The translations under genes were made by a program, and so were the position numbers. Positions 35,123-43,336 of a stretch of DNA of 64,000 nt are shown piece after piece. The stretch is from an uncultured archaeon (GTDB lineage: Archaea; Aenigmatarchaeota; Aenigmatarchaeia; PWEA01; JAGHBM01), in NCBI GenBank assembly GCA_964584335.1, contig CAZOZN010000001.1, forward strand, positions 115,882 to 179,881, in the 5' to 3' direction. Below the pieces are notes generated by a model, which was not told the origin of the DNA, searched no databases, and saw only the letters and a program-made list of their open reading frames with translations. Position 1 is the first letter of the stretch; each line of letters starts with the position of its first letter.

Positions 35123-36192
35123 AAAGGTCTTCTGTCTCTTCTAAGCCTGTATAATGAAGGAAGATTACCTACTTTATCAACTATATGGGAATGTATTATG
35201 TCTATTTCACCGCCTTTTATTTTTGCTCTGTTATCGGCTTCTATCAGTACTGGAGGAAGCCCGTATTCCTGGTTCTGGGAAGATACTTTGTAGACAAGTT
35301 CTGCTATTTTGTCGGCCATAGGTACCGGGTCTCCCGTTGAATAAAATTCTATTCTTACGGGCCTGTCATATTCTGTAGTTTTCATATAGAAAAGATAAAG
35401 ATTTTTTCCGTAGTTGCTCAGTTCTTTGTTTTGGGACATTCTCATTACAAAGCTCCTTTCCCCCTTATTCAGCACATGGAACAAAAGATTGGTGTCCCTC
35501 GTATGTGACATAAGTTTTTTAATTTCTTTTATTTTTTTATCTCTTATTTCAGATAAAACATTTGAGGAAATGTAATCAGATAAAGTGGAGCTTCTGCTGT
35601 CTTCTATTATGCCTGTAAATATAAACCCCCCCGCCTTCCTGTAAAGCTCCTTGTAGTTATCTATCAGTTTCCTGTAGTCATCATAAATTCTCGAACTTCT
35701 GCTTGGCTGGTCCGAGGGATGTGGCCTTATTGAACCATCAGCCATAAGAATGGTTGGGTTTTTTTCAAGGCATTTTTTAAGAGTGTTGATTTCAGTGTTT
35801 ATTCTCTCAAAGCATGCTATATATTGAAAGTCGCTTTCCGATGCATCATGTATTATTCTCAGGTTTGGCGTAGGTGATGTTGATGGTATGTAGGATACGG
35901 AGTCAAGTTTCCCTTTTTTATAGTCAAATACAGCTCCGACAGCTCTTGTAAGTATCATATCGAGTGAATGATAGTTTCTCTTTGATAAACCACCGTCAAC
36001 CCCAATGAACCTTGCCTTTTCCAAATCTATTTCCTTTACTTTTACTGAAAGTTTGTCTTCCATTATTCTGGAATCTTTTTCAAAGTTAACTTCTTTGATT
36101 TCCTTAAGAAAATTAGCAAGCTTTTTTCTGTTATCTTCCAAGTTTTTTATCTTTTCTGATATCTCGTCTAGTTTTGAGAATATTTCTTCCAT
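35119..36192 (-). CDS. nurA: NurA-family nuclease
   Basis: FIGVDGG, LMADGS, GIIEDS, P.RIEF, YGLPPVLIEADNRAKI. Confidence 0.88.
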   Translation of the reverse strand: MEEIFSKLDEISEKIKNLEDNRKKLANFLKEIKEVNFEKDSRIMEDKLSVKVKEIDLEKARFIGVDGGLSKRNYHSLDMILTRAVGAVFDYKKGKLDSVSYIPSTSPTPNLRIIHDASESDFQYIACFERINTEINTLKKCLEKNPTILMADGSIRPHPSDQPSRSSRIYDDYRKLIDNYKELYRKAGGFIFTGIIEDSRSSTLSDYISSNVLSEIRDKKIKEIKKLMSHTRDTNLLFHVLNKGERSFVMRMSQNKELSNYGKNLYLFYMKTTEYDRPVRIEFYSTGDPVPMADKIAELVYKVSSQNQEYGLPPVLIEADNRAKIKGGEIDIIHSHIVDKVGNLPSLYRLRRDRRPF

Positions 36193-36237
36193 AGAATCAA
36201 TTAAGTTGATAAAGATTTAAAAATAAGCCAATCTGAA

Positions 36238-36327
36238 CTATTTCTTCTTGTGCCTCATCTTCTTTCTCTTTTTCTTGAGTTTGTGTTTCTTAATTTTCTT
36301 TTTCTTTCTTTTTTTACCGCAAGGAAT
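36238..36327 (-). CDS. 29-aa basic protein resembling ribosomal protein bS22 (AURKAIP1/COX24/mS38-like); probable ATT start
   Basis: (M)PCGKKRKKKKIKKHKLKKKRKKMRHKKK*, preceded by SD GAGGTGA-TTTGT-ATT. Confidence 0.7.
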   Translation of the reverse strand: MPCGKKRKKKKIKKHKLKKKRKKMRHKKK

Positions 36328-36412
36328 ACAAATCACCTCAATATTCTTCAAATTCTTTTGTTTAAATACTTTGATTAAATGTCTTTTTAAATCACAAACC
36401 CAAAAAAATCTT

Positions 36413-37183
36413 ATGCTTAAAGAAGAGTATAAGAAGTTCAAGAACTTTGTTTTTGACCTGGATGGAACGGTTTGGTACTGGGATGAGTTGGTGCAGGGTG
36501 CTAAAGAAGGCATAGATTTTTTGAGAGATAACGGGAAGGAAGTATACTTTCTGACCAACAACAGCATGCTTTTTCCTAGCGGTTTTAAGGAAAGACTTGA
36601 CATGCTGGGTATTGATACCGAAATCTCAAGAATAATATGTCCTGCTGATTTTATTGTTTCTTATTTGAGAGAAAAAGGAGCCAAAAAAGTTTTCTCTGTT
36701 TCACTTGATACAATGGAGACTTACATAAAGAAAAACGGTTTTGAGATTTCCGATGACCCAGATTACGTTGTGGTTACTTTTAGCAGTTCGGACGAGCCAA
36801 AAGTTGATATTGCTGCAAAAATTATGAAGAAAGGCATACCGGCAATAACAAACGCCACCGGAAAAAAGTGGGTATTAAAGGGTAAAGTGCTTCCGGGCAC
36901 GGGAGTAATTGTAGAAAAGATTGAGAATCTTTCCGGTTCAAAAATAGAAGTCGTGGGAAAGCCTTCTGACTTTGCTGTAAGATATGTCAAGGATAATTTT
37001 AATTTTAAACCAGACGAGACAATATATTTTGGCGATTCCCTTAACTCTGATATGCTTTTCGCAAGAAAGAGCGGGTGGAGTTTTTGTTTTGTTTTAACCG
37101 GTGAATATAAAATGGAAGACCTTGATGATATTGAAGAAAAACCGGATTTTATAATAAACAACATCAAGGAAATTTTGAAATGA
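36413..37183 (+). CDS. HAD-IIA family hydrolase (NagD-like)
   Basis: FDLDGTVW, LTNNS, GKPS, FGDSLNSD, VLTG; start ATG 36413. Confidence 0.92.
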   Translation: MLKEEYKKFKNFVFDLDGTVWYWDELVQGAKEGIDFLRDNGKEVYFLTNNSMLFPSGFKERLDMLGIDTEISRIICPADFIVSYLREKGAKKVFSVSLDTMETYIKKNGFEISDDPDYVVVTFSSSDEPKVDIAAKIMKKGIPAITNATGKKWVLKGKVLPGTGVIVEKIENLSGSKIEVVGKPSDFAVRYVKDNFNFKPDETIYFGDSLNSDMLFARKSGWSFCFVLTGEYKMEDLDDIEEKPDFIINNIKEILK

Positions 37184-37219
37184 TTTATATTAGTCATACC
37201 AAAAATCAATCGTGTTAAG

Positions 37220-37837
37220 ATGGCTTATGAATTCAATTTTGACTTATCAAGTTCTTCTCAGGCTTTCTTCAGGGAGGTTGCAAAATTTTCAAAGCAAAAA
37301 AACATACACAATAAAATAGGAAGCACTGCCAGGTTTCTTGTGGATAAATTCAGGATAGATAAGATTGTGGGAATACCTGTTTCCGATGCCTTGATTTTGG
37401 TTGAGGATATGCTTGATACATATGTTGATAACTTATCTACTGTAAAAGATTTCAAGAAGACAAAGAAGAGAGCGCTTCTTTTACCGCACTGTTCTAGAAA
37501 ATATATGGACAGCAAGTGCAAAGCAAAATTCGATGTTAAGAATTCTTCTTACAGATGTGTAGGTTGCTCGAGCGACTGCCTTGTCAACAAGGCAACTAGA
37601 CTTGGAAAAGAAAGAAACTACGATGTATATGTCTTGCCCGGTGGGTCATGTATACGAAAAATATTGAATAAAAATTACGATGGCATAGTCGGTGTTGCAT
37701 GTTGCGAGGAAATAAAGCTTGCAAAGAGCTTTTTAAAAAATTACAAGGTAAATATTCAGGGAGTCCCGTTAATAAAAAACGGTTGCTCAAAAACGAAGTT
37801 CAGCATAAAGAGCCTTGAAGAGGTTCTTATCCAATAA
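37220..37837 (+). CDS. DUF116 domain protein
   Basis: LLLPHCSR..C.A...C.GC..C.V, VYVLPGGS, VGVAC..E, VPL...GC. Confidence 0.85.
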   Translation: MAYEFNFDLSSSSQAFFREVAKFSKQKNIHNKIGSTARFLVDKFRIDKIVGIPVSDALILVEDMLDTYVDNLSTVKDFKKTKKRALLLPHCSRKYMDSKCKAKFDVKNSSYRCVGCSSDCLVNKATRLGKERNYDVYVLPGGSCIRKILNKNYDGIVGVACCEEIKLAKSFLKNYKVNIQGVPLIKNGCSKTKFSIKSLEEVLIQ

Positions 37838-38696
37838 CAACAAGATAAGCGCCGATTAACATTATTACGCATGCTATTATTTTCTGGTAAAGCCCATGTT
37901 CTTTGAATATTTCTCCTCCAAGAACTGTTGCAAATAAAGTCGATAGTTTTTTAATGGGCATTACGAGGCTCACGAATGTAATTTTCATTGCGAATGCTTG
38001 CAAAATCCTGTAAGACACTGTTATCGATGCCATTAGTATTATCCACCATCCCGCTTTTTTTATTCCGTGCTTTATTCCATGAAATCCGTCGTAAAACAAC
38101 TTTAATATAAACAAAAATATTATGGCTATGAATAACTGCTGTAGAAGGACAAGGCTTATTGGGTCTATAAAGTTAAGTGCGTATTTTCCTGAAACTGCAC
38201 TAAATGAGTATGAACCAAGAGCTATGAATATGTAATGTATGTATTTGGATTTGTAAATTTTCTTTAGTGGAGTTAACATGCTGTGGGATTTGAAGTCTAT
38301 CTCAAGAACATAAGAGCCTATCATGAGTGTTAATATTCCTATTACATTTAGAGGACTCAAAATTTCTCCAAGTAAAAGTACCGCAACCATGGCAGTAAAG
38401 CCGGGACCAAAATTTAAGAGCGGGGACGCGGCTGATATTTCCATATGCCTTACAGCCTTTGCCACGAAAAGAAAACCAACTGAGGCAAAAAAGGCCGCTA
38501 AAATTATTAAAATCCAGACGAAAGGTTCTATACTAAAATCGATTAAATAAAAGAAAGGTATTGTGATTGCAAAGTTCAGTATAGCCAAAGTTGCAGAGAA
38601 TTCTGCCGCATGTTCCTTGAAAAGAACTTTTTTTTCTATGACAGATACAAAAGATGTAAGAACCGCAGCTCCCAAAGCAAATATAAACCATTGCAT
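37827..38696 (-). CDS. EamA/DMT family transporter
   Basis: About 10 TMs in two repeats; EISAASPL and VSLVMPIKKLS...FKE. Confidence 0.85.
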   Translation of the reverse strand: MQWFIFALGAAVLTSFVSVIEKKVLFKEHAAEFSATLAILNFAITIPFFYLIDFSIEPFVWILIILAAFFASVGFLFVAKAVRHMEISAASPLLNFGPGFTAMVAVLLLGEILSPLNVIGILTLMIGSYVLEIDFKSHSMLTPLKKIYKSKYIHYIFIALGSYSFSAVSGKYALNFIDPISLVLLQQLFIAIIFLFILKLFYDGFHGIKHGIKKAGWWIILMASITVSYRILQAFAMKITFVSLVMPIKKLSTLFATVLGGEIFKEHGLYQKIIACVIMLIGAYLVVIG

Positions 38697-38732
38697 AGAA
38701 TAAATTAATAAGCTTATAATTTAAAATAAATT

Positions 38733-40877
38733 TTGGTGGTTCAGATAAAGAGAATAATGGTAACTTCGGCACTTCCTTACGTGCATGACATGCCCCACTT
38801 GGGCAATATAGTCGGTTCAGTGCTCCCTGCAGATGTGTATCACAGGTACCTAAAGCTGGCAGGATATGATTCAATATATATTTGTGGTTCAGATTCTCAT
38901 GGAACCATGTTTGAAATAACTTCAGAAAGGATGGGAATAACACCCGAAGAACTTGTTTTCAGTAATCATGAAAAAATAAAGAAAATTTTTGAAAAGCTGA
39001 ACATAGATTTTACTTACTACGGAATAACCCACTCTGATGAAAACAAGGAAATAACACATAGGATATTTAATAAACTTTATGAGAACGGTTTTCTTATAGA
39101 AGAAGAGATGAATCTTCCTTACTGCGAGAAATGTGGAAAGTTTTTGGCTGACAGGTGGATAGAGGGCGAGTGTCCTAAATGCGACGGACTTGCCAGGGGC
39201 GACCAATGCGATGATTGTGGGGCCATACTCAACCCAGAGGAACTTATAAACCCGAAATGCGTTCATTGTGGAGAAAGCAAAATAATTTTTCGTAGCACAA
39301 AACATCTTTTTATAGACCTTCCCAAATTTGAAGATTGGCTTAAGGAGTGGATTTCAAAAAAATCTTGGAGCCCCATTGTAAAGAACTTCTCTCTTGGCTG
39401 GCTTAAGGAGGGACTTAAACCGCGTGCTATAACCCGTGATGCAAAATGGGGATTTCCTGTACCGAAGGAAGGTTATGAAGACAAGGTTATTTATGTCTGG
39501 TTTGATGCACCAATAGGATATATAGGAATAACAAAAGAATGGAGCAATAAAATAAAGAAAAAAGATGAATGGAAAAAGTGGTGGTTTTCTGACTGCAAAT
39601 ATGTGCAGTTCATGGGCAAGGACAACATACCTTTTCACAGTATAACATTTCCTGCAACCTTGAAAGGTACAGGGGAGGAATGGAAACTGGTTGATGATAT
39701 AATAGGTTCTGCCTGGCTTATATCCAAAGATGTTAAGTTCTCAAAGAGCAGAGGAAAGGGACTCACCACAGAGTCTGCATTAAATATAAGACCAACAGAC
39801 TATTGGAGATATGTTTTGATGAGTCTTTATCCCGAGACAAACGATTCTATTTTTACATGGGAAGAGTTTCAGAGAAGGGTTAATAACGAGCTTTCTGATA
39901 TTATAGGTAATTTTATTCACAGGGTAATCTCATTCACCAAGTCTAATTTTGGCGAGGTACCGAAACTCGGAGAGATGAAGAAAGAGGATGAGGAAATCAT
40001 AGGAAAGCTTAATAGTATACATGAAGATGTTACAAAAGATTTTGAAAAAGCGAAGTTGAGGGAGGCGCTGAAAGGAGTTCTTCATTTGGCTAAGGAATCT
40101 AATGCTTATTTCAACAACCAGGAGCCTTGGCATCTAATAAAGAAAGACAGGAAAAGGGTCGAGACCATACTTAATATTTCTTGTAATCTTGTTAGATCCG
40201 TATCCATAATGATTAATCCTTTTTTGCCGGAATCATCCCTTAAGATTAAGGAATTCCTTGGGGATGAAAATGATTATAAATGGGAATCTGCAAGGGATAT
40301 TGTTCTTTCGGGGCAGGAACTAAAAAAACCCGAAGTCCTTTTCAATAAGATTGACGATGATGAAATCAATGAAATAAGAAAAAAATATGCTTCTGAAGAT
40401 AGCGATATCTTTTCTGAATTGGATCTCAGGGTCGCAAAAGTTATTGAGGTAAAAAATCATCCAAATGCGGATAAACTTTATCTCTTAAAAATAGATTGCG
40501 GAGAGGAAAGGCAGGTTGTTGCAGGAATCAAGAAATGGTATGAAAAAAGTGACCTTGAAGGTAAGAAGATAGTAGTTCTTGCAAACCTCGAGAAAGCAAA
40601 GTTGAGGGGGGAATTTTCAGAGGCAATGCTACTTGCAGGAGAGGAAAAAAACGGTAAAGTAGGTTTACTTTTTGTCGATGATTCAAGTCCGGGTGAAAGG
40701 GTCTCTGTGGAAGGCATTAATATTAAACCAAAGGATAAAATAACCTTCAAGGAATTTCAGAAAATAGAAATGGTATCCGGAAAGAATTGCGTCTATTACA
40801 AAAATAAAAAACTTAAAACAGAGTCAGGAGAAACTGTTAACATAGAAAATGTTAAAGAAGGCTCTGAAATATGCTGA
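38733..40877 (+). CDS. metG: Methionine--tRNA ligase with C-terminal tRNA-binding domain
   Basis: TSALPYV..PHLGN, zinc knuckles, YVWFDAPIGY, GKDNIPFH, KFSKS; C-terminal LDLRVAKV..HPNADKL. Confidence 0.97.
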   Translation: MVVQIKRIMVTSALPYVHDMPHLGNIVGSVLPADVYHRYLKLAGYDSIYICGSDSHGTMFEITSERMGITPEELVFSNHEKIKKIFEKLNIDFTYYGITHSDENKEITHRIFNKLYENGFLIEEEMNLPYCEKCGKFLADRWIEGECPKCDGLARGDQCDDCGAILNPEELINPKCVHCGESKIIFRSTKHLFIDLPKFEDWLKEWISKKSWSPIVKNFSLGWLKEGLKPRAITRDAKWGFPVPKEGYEDKVIYVWFDAPIGYIGITKEWSNKIKKKDEWKKWWFSDCKYVQFMGKDNIPFHSITFPATLKGTGEEWKLVDDIIGSAWLISKDVKFSKSRGKGLTTESALNIRPTDYWRYVLMSLYPETNDSIFTWEEFQRRVNNELSDIIGNFIHRVISFTKSNFGEVPKLGEMKKEDEEIIGKLNSIHEDVTKDFEKAKLREALKGVLHLAKESNAYFNNQEPWHLIKKDRKRVETILNISCNLVRSVSIMINPFLPESSLKIKEFLGDENDYKWESARDIVLSGQELKKPEVLFNKIDDDEINEIRKKYASEDSDIFSELDLRVAKVIEVKNHPNADKLYLLKIDCGEERQVVAGIKKWYEKSDLEGKKIVVLANLEKAKLRGEFSEAMLLAGEEKNGKVGLLFVDDSSPGERVSVEGINIKPKDKITFKEFQKIEMVSGKNCVYYKNKKLKTESGETVNIENVKEGSEIC

Positions 40878-40913
40878 AATAAGTTTTTTAAATTACTCAT
40901 TATAAAATTAATT

Positions 40914-41615
40914 ATGCCCGAGATAGAAAAATGGATAAGGGAACAATTCAAGAAAGGACTTTCTGAAAAGCAGGTAAAAGACTCTATGCTCAAGTCGGGC
41001 TGGAACAAATCTTTAGCAGAAAAATTGATAGAAGAGAATAAGCCATCTTCAGTCAAGTCTTCAAAAATAAATTTCTCAAAGGAAAAAAATATTACTCTCG
41101 CTAGCTTTGTTTTATTTTTTGCTGTATTGGTTTTAATTTATTTTTTAATTTTGCCCTTTACTGAAGATTTAGAACCTCAAAGTCAGAGTTTAAAGTCTCA
41201 TTACTCGGAAGAAAATTACATAAGTTACTGCAAAAGTTTGCCAGAGAAAGACAGACCAGTTTGCTTTTACAATGCTGCTATTGAAAACAACGATACCGCA
41301 ATATGCAACAATATAGATAAAGAAGAAAACGGAATCAGTTATTCTAACTTATGTAAGGACATGGTCATCTCAGACAAGGCCATAAAAAAACGGGACGAGA
41401 ATATATGTGAACAGGTGGCCGGCAAGGAACAGAGAGACGGCTGTTATATGGGAGTAGCGAGGAGTACTGGAAACGAATCTCTGTGTGAAAATGTAGATGA
41501 TAAGGAATACTGTTACTTGGCTGTCGCTTTATCTACAAAAAATGAAAAGCTGTGTGAGAGAGTAAGCGAAGATAAAAAAGATTATTGTTACGACGTAATT
41601 CTTGATTCAGATTAA
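40914..41615 (+). CDS. Membrane-anchored protein with Cys-helix repeats
   Basis: Single TM, then repeated CY..VA....NE.LCE.V units. Confidence 0.7.
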   Translation: MPEIEKWIREQFKKGLSEKQVKDSMLKSGWNKSLAEKLIEENKPSSVKSSKINFSKEKNITLASFVLFFAVLVLIYFLILPFTEDLEPQSQSLKSHYSEENYISYCKSLPEKDRPVCFYNAAIENNDTAICNNIDKEENGISYSNLCKDMVISDKAIKKRDENICEQVAGKEQRDGCYMGVARSTGNESLCENVDDKEYCYLAVALSTKNEKLCERVSEDKKDYCYDVILDSD

Positions 41616-42263
41616 TATTCCTATTGATGATAACAAAATTAAAACAAAACCGACCGAGAAAGGCATAAGTATATTATCGTTTATTTTTACAGGCCATAAT
41701 TCCATTAACATTCCGACACCAGATGCTATTACAGATATTAAAGGGTTGGTAAAAAATAGGCATATGATAAAGCATGAAAAAAATCCACCCAAGGTCCCCT
41801 CGTAACTTTTTTTTGGATTTAGCCTTGTTTTGTTCTTTCCAAAGTGAACTCCTATGAGTGTGGAGAAAGAATCACCCACAGACAACACTATAATAGATAT
41901 TACTGCGATTTTTTCTGGGAAAATCAGTAAACATAAACCTATAGAAAGAAAGAACAAGACGGCTCCCATGTACCTTAATTTTGTGTTCTCTCTCTCCGCA
42001 GAATCAACCAATTCATGAAAAGAGTCTTCAATTTTTTCAATTTCTTTTACTCTTACGGGCATTTTTTTTCTTAAATCATTTTTAGTTTTTACATAAATTG
42101 ATAGAAGAAAAACATAAAGAGAAATAAACAATGCTATCAACCCGGTTATTTCTTTTCCCATTAGATATATGAAAAATATGGTTCCGATGCCTGAAAGGTG
42201 TGCGAGTTGCCTTTTTATCTCTTTCTTATTCAATTCCGTCTTAATCACCGAACACTTTAACAA
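41607..42263 (-). CDS. SEC59/dolichol-phytol kinase family membrane protein (start uncertain)
   Basis: EIKRQLAH, GDSFSTLIG..FGK, KKSYEG, INDN. Confidence 0.85.
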   Translation of the reverse strand: MLKCSVIKTELNKKEIKRQLAHLSGIGTIFFIYLMGKEITGLIALFISLYVFLLSIYVKTKNDLRKKMPVRVKEIEKIEDSFHELVDSAERENTKLRYMGAVLFFLSIGLCLLIFPEKIAVISIIVLSVGDSFSTLIGVHFGKNKTRLNPKKSYEGTLGGFFSCFIICLFFTNPLISVIASGVGMLMELWPVKINDNILMPFSVGFVLILLSSIGILI

Positions 42264-42630
42264 GTATCCTTCTTTGCCTGGACTTTACGTCAAATTCCCA
42301 GAACATTATGCTTTGCCATGTACCCAGCTCTAAGTTACCGTTCTCTATTCCTATTGTTTTTCCAGGACCTATTATAGTCGATTTAAGATGTGAATGTGCA
42401 TTTGATGGATGTCTGTGCCTTCCTGAAGTAAGCTTTTCCATCATTTCTCTTAAATCTTCTAAAAGCCTTTCTTCGTTTTCATTTACGAGTATTGAACCAG
42501 TCGAACCTTCATTAAAGATTAAGCAAAGACCTTCTTTTACTTTGCTTTTTTTAACTATTTTTTCTACTTCTTTCGTTATATCTATTATATCGTCCGTTTG
42601 TGTGGAAATTTCAATAAAATCTTTGTACAT
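42241..42630 (-). CDS. YjbQ/UPF0047 family protein
   Basis: IIDIT..V, NENE..L, NAHSHLKS, LGTWQSI.FWEFD. Confidence 0.9.
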   Translation of the reverse strand: MYKDFIEISTQTDDIIDITKEVEKIVKKSKVKEGLCLIFNEGSTGSILVNENEERLLEDLREMMEKLTSGRHRHPSNAHSHLKSTIIGPGKTIGIENGNLELGTWQSIMFWEFDVKSRQRRILVKVFGD

Positions 42631-42750
42631 TTAAACACTCCAGATAATTTATTATCTTGTTTTTATTTATTTTTTGTTTTTTTATGGTTTTGAAAACAAT
42701 TAGAAAACTATTTAAATACCCAATCATATTTCTTAAAAAGTGGGGGTAAA

Positions 42751-43299
42751 ATGGTTAAAGACATAAAAATTGAAAATGTTGTGGCTTCTGCGACTTTAAA
42801 CTGCAGTTTGCCCTTGGACAAAATAGTGGCCAGGATTCCTGGAACAGAATACGAGCCAGAACAATTCCCGGGACTTGTCTACAGGATAAAAGAACCCAGA
42901 GCAGCTTCTTTGATATTCAGTTCCGGTAAGATAGTCTGTACTGGTGCTAGAAGTCCTAAGCTGGCCAGGGAAGCCGTAGGCATAATAATAAACAACATGA
43001 AAAAAGCAAAAATAAAGATAAAAGGCAAACCAAAAATAAGAATAGAAAATATAGTCGCAAGCGCAAAGCTTGATTCAGTTCTAAAGTTAAATGAGATAGC
43101 TTTCACACTCCCAAACACAGAATACGAGCCCGAACAATTTCCGGGACTTGTCTACAGGATAAAAGAACCAAAGGTCGCTTTCCTTCTTTTCGGTTCAGGA
43201 AAAATTGTGTGCACAGGCGGGAGAAGCGTAAATAATGTTGAGAAAGCTATAAAAAATCTGGAAGCTGAACTAAGAAGTATCGGGGCCATTACTTCTTAG
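42751..43299 (+). CDS. tbp: TATA-box binding protein
   Basis: Two repeats of IENxVAS...YEPEQFPGLVYR...F.SGKIVCTG. Confidence 0.98.
   Translation: MVKDIKIENVVASATLNCSLPLDKIVARIPGTEYEPEQFPGLVYRIKEPRAASLIFSSGKIVCTGARSPKLAREAVGIIINNMKKAKIKIKGKPKIRIENIVASAKLDSVLKLNEIAFTLPNTEYEPEQFPGLVYRIKEPKVAFLLFGSGKIVCTGGRSVNNVEKAIKNLEAELRSIGAITS
42844..43169 (+). repeat. 53-bp near-perfect direct repeat between the two TBP halves
   Basis: 42844-42896 versus 43117-43169: 51 of 53 nt identical. Confidence 0.9.
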
Positions 43300-43336
43300 A
43301 TTTTTTTATTTATATAAAAAAAGCCATTTTTTAACA

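Noticed and set aside
36248-36412. Hydrophobic N-terminal extension of the HAD hydrolase, and the 121-aa version of 36238..36603
   Set aside because: The extension is the antisense read of the Lys-rich micro-gene. The HAD domain starts at ATG 36413 and the micro-gene at about 36327.
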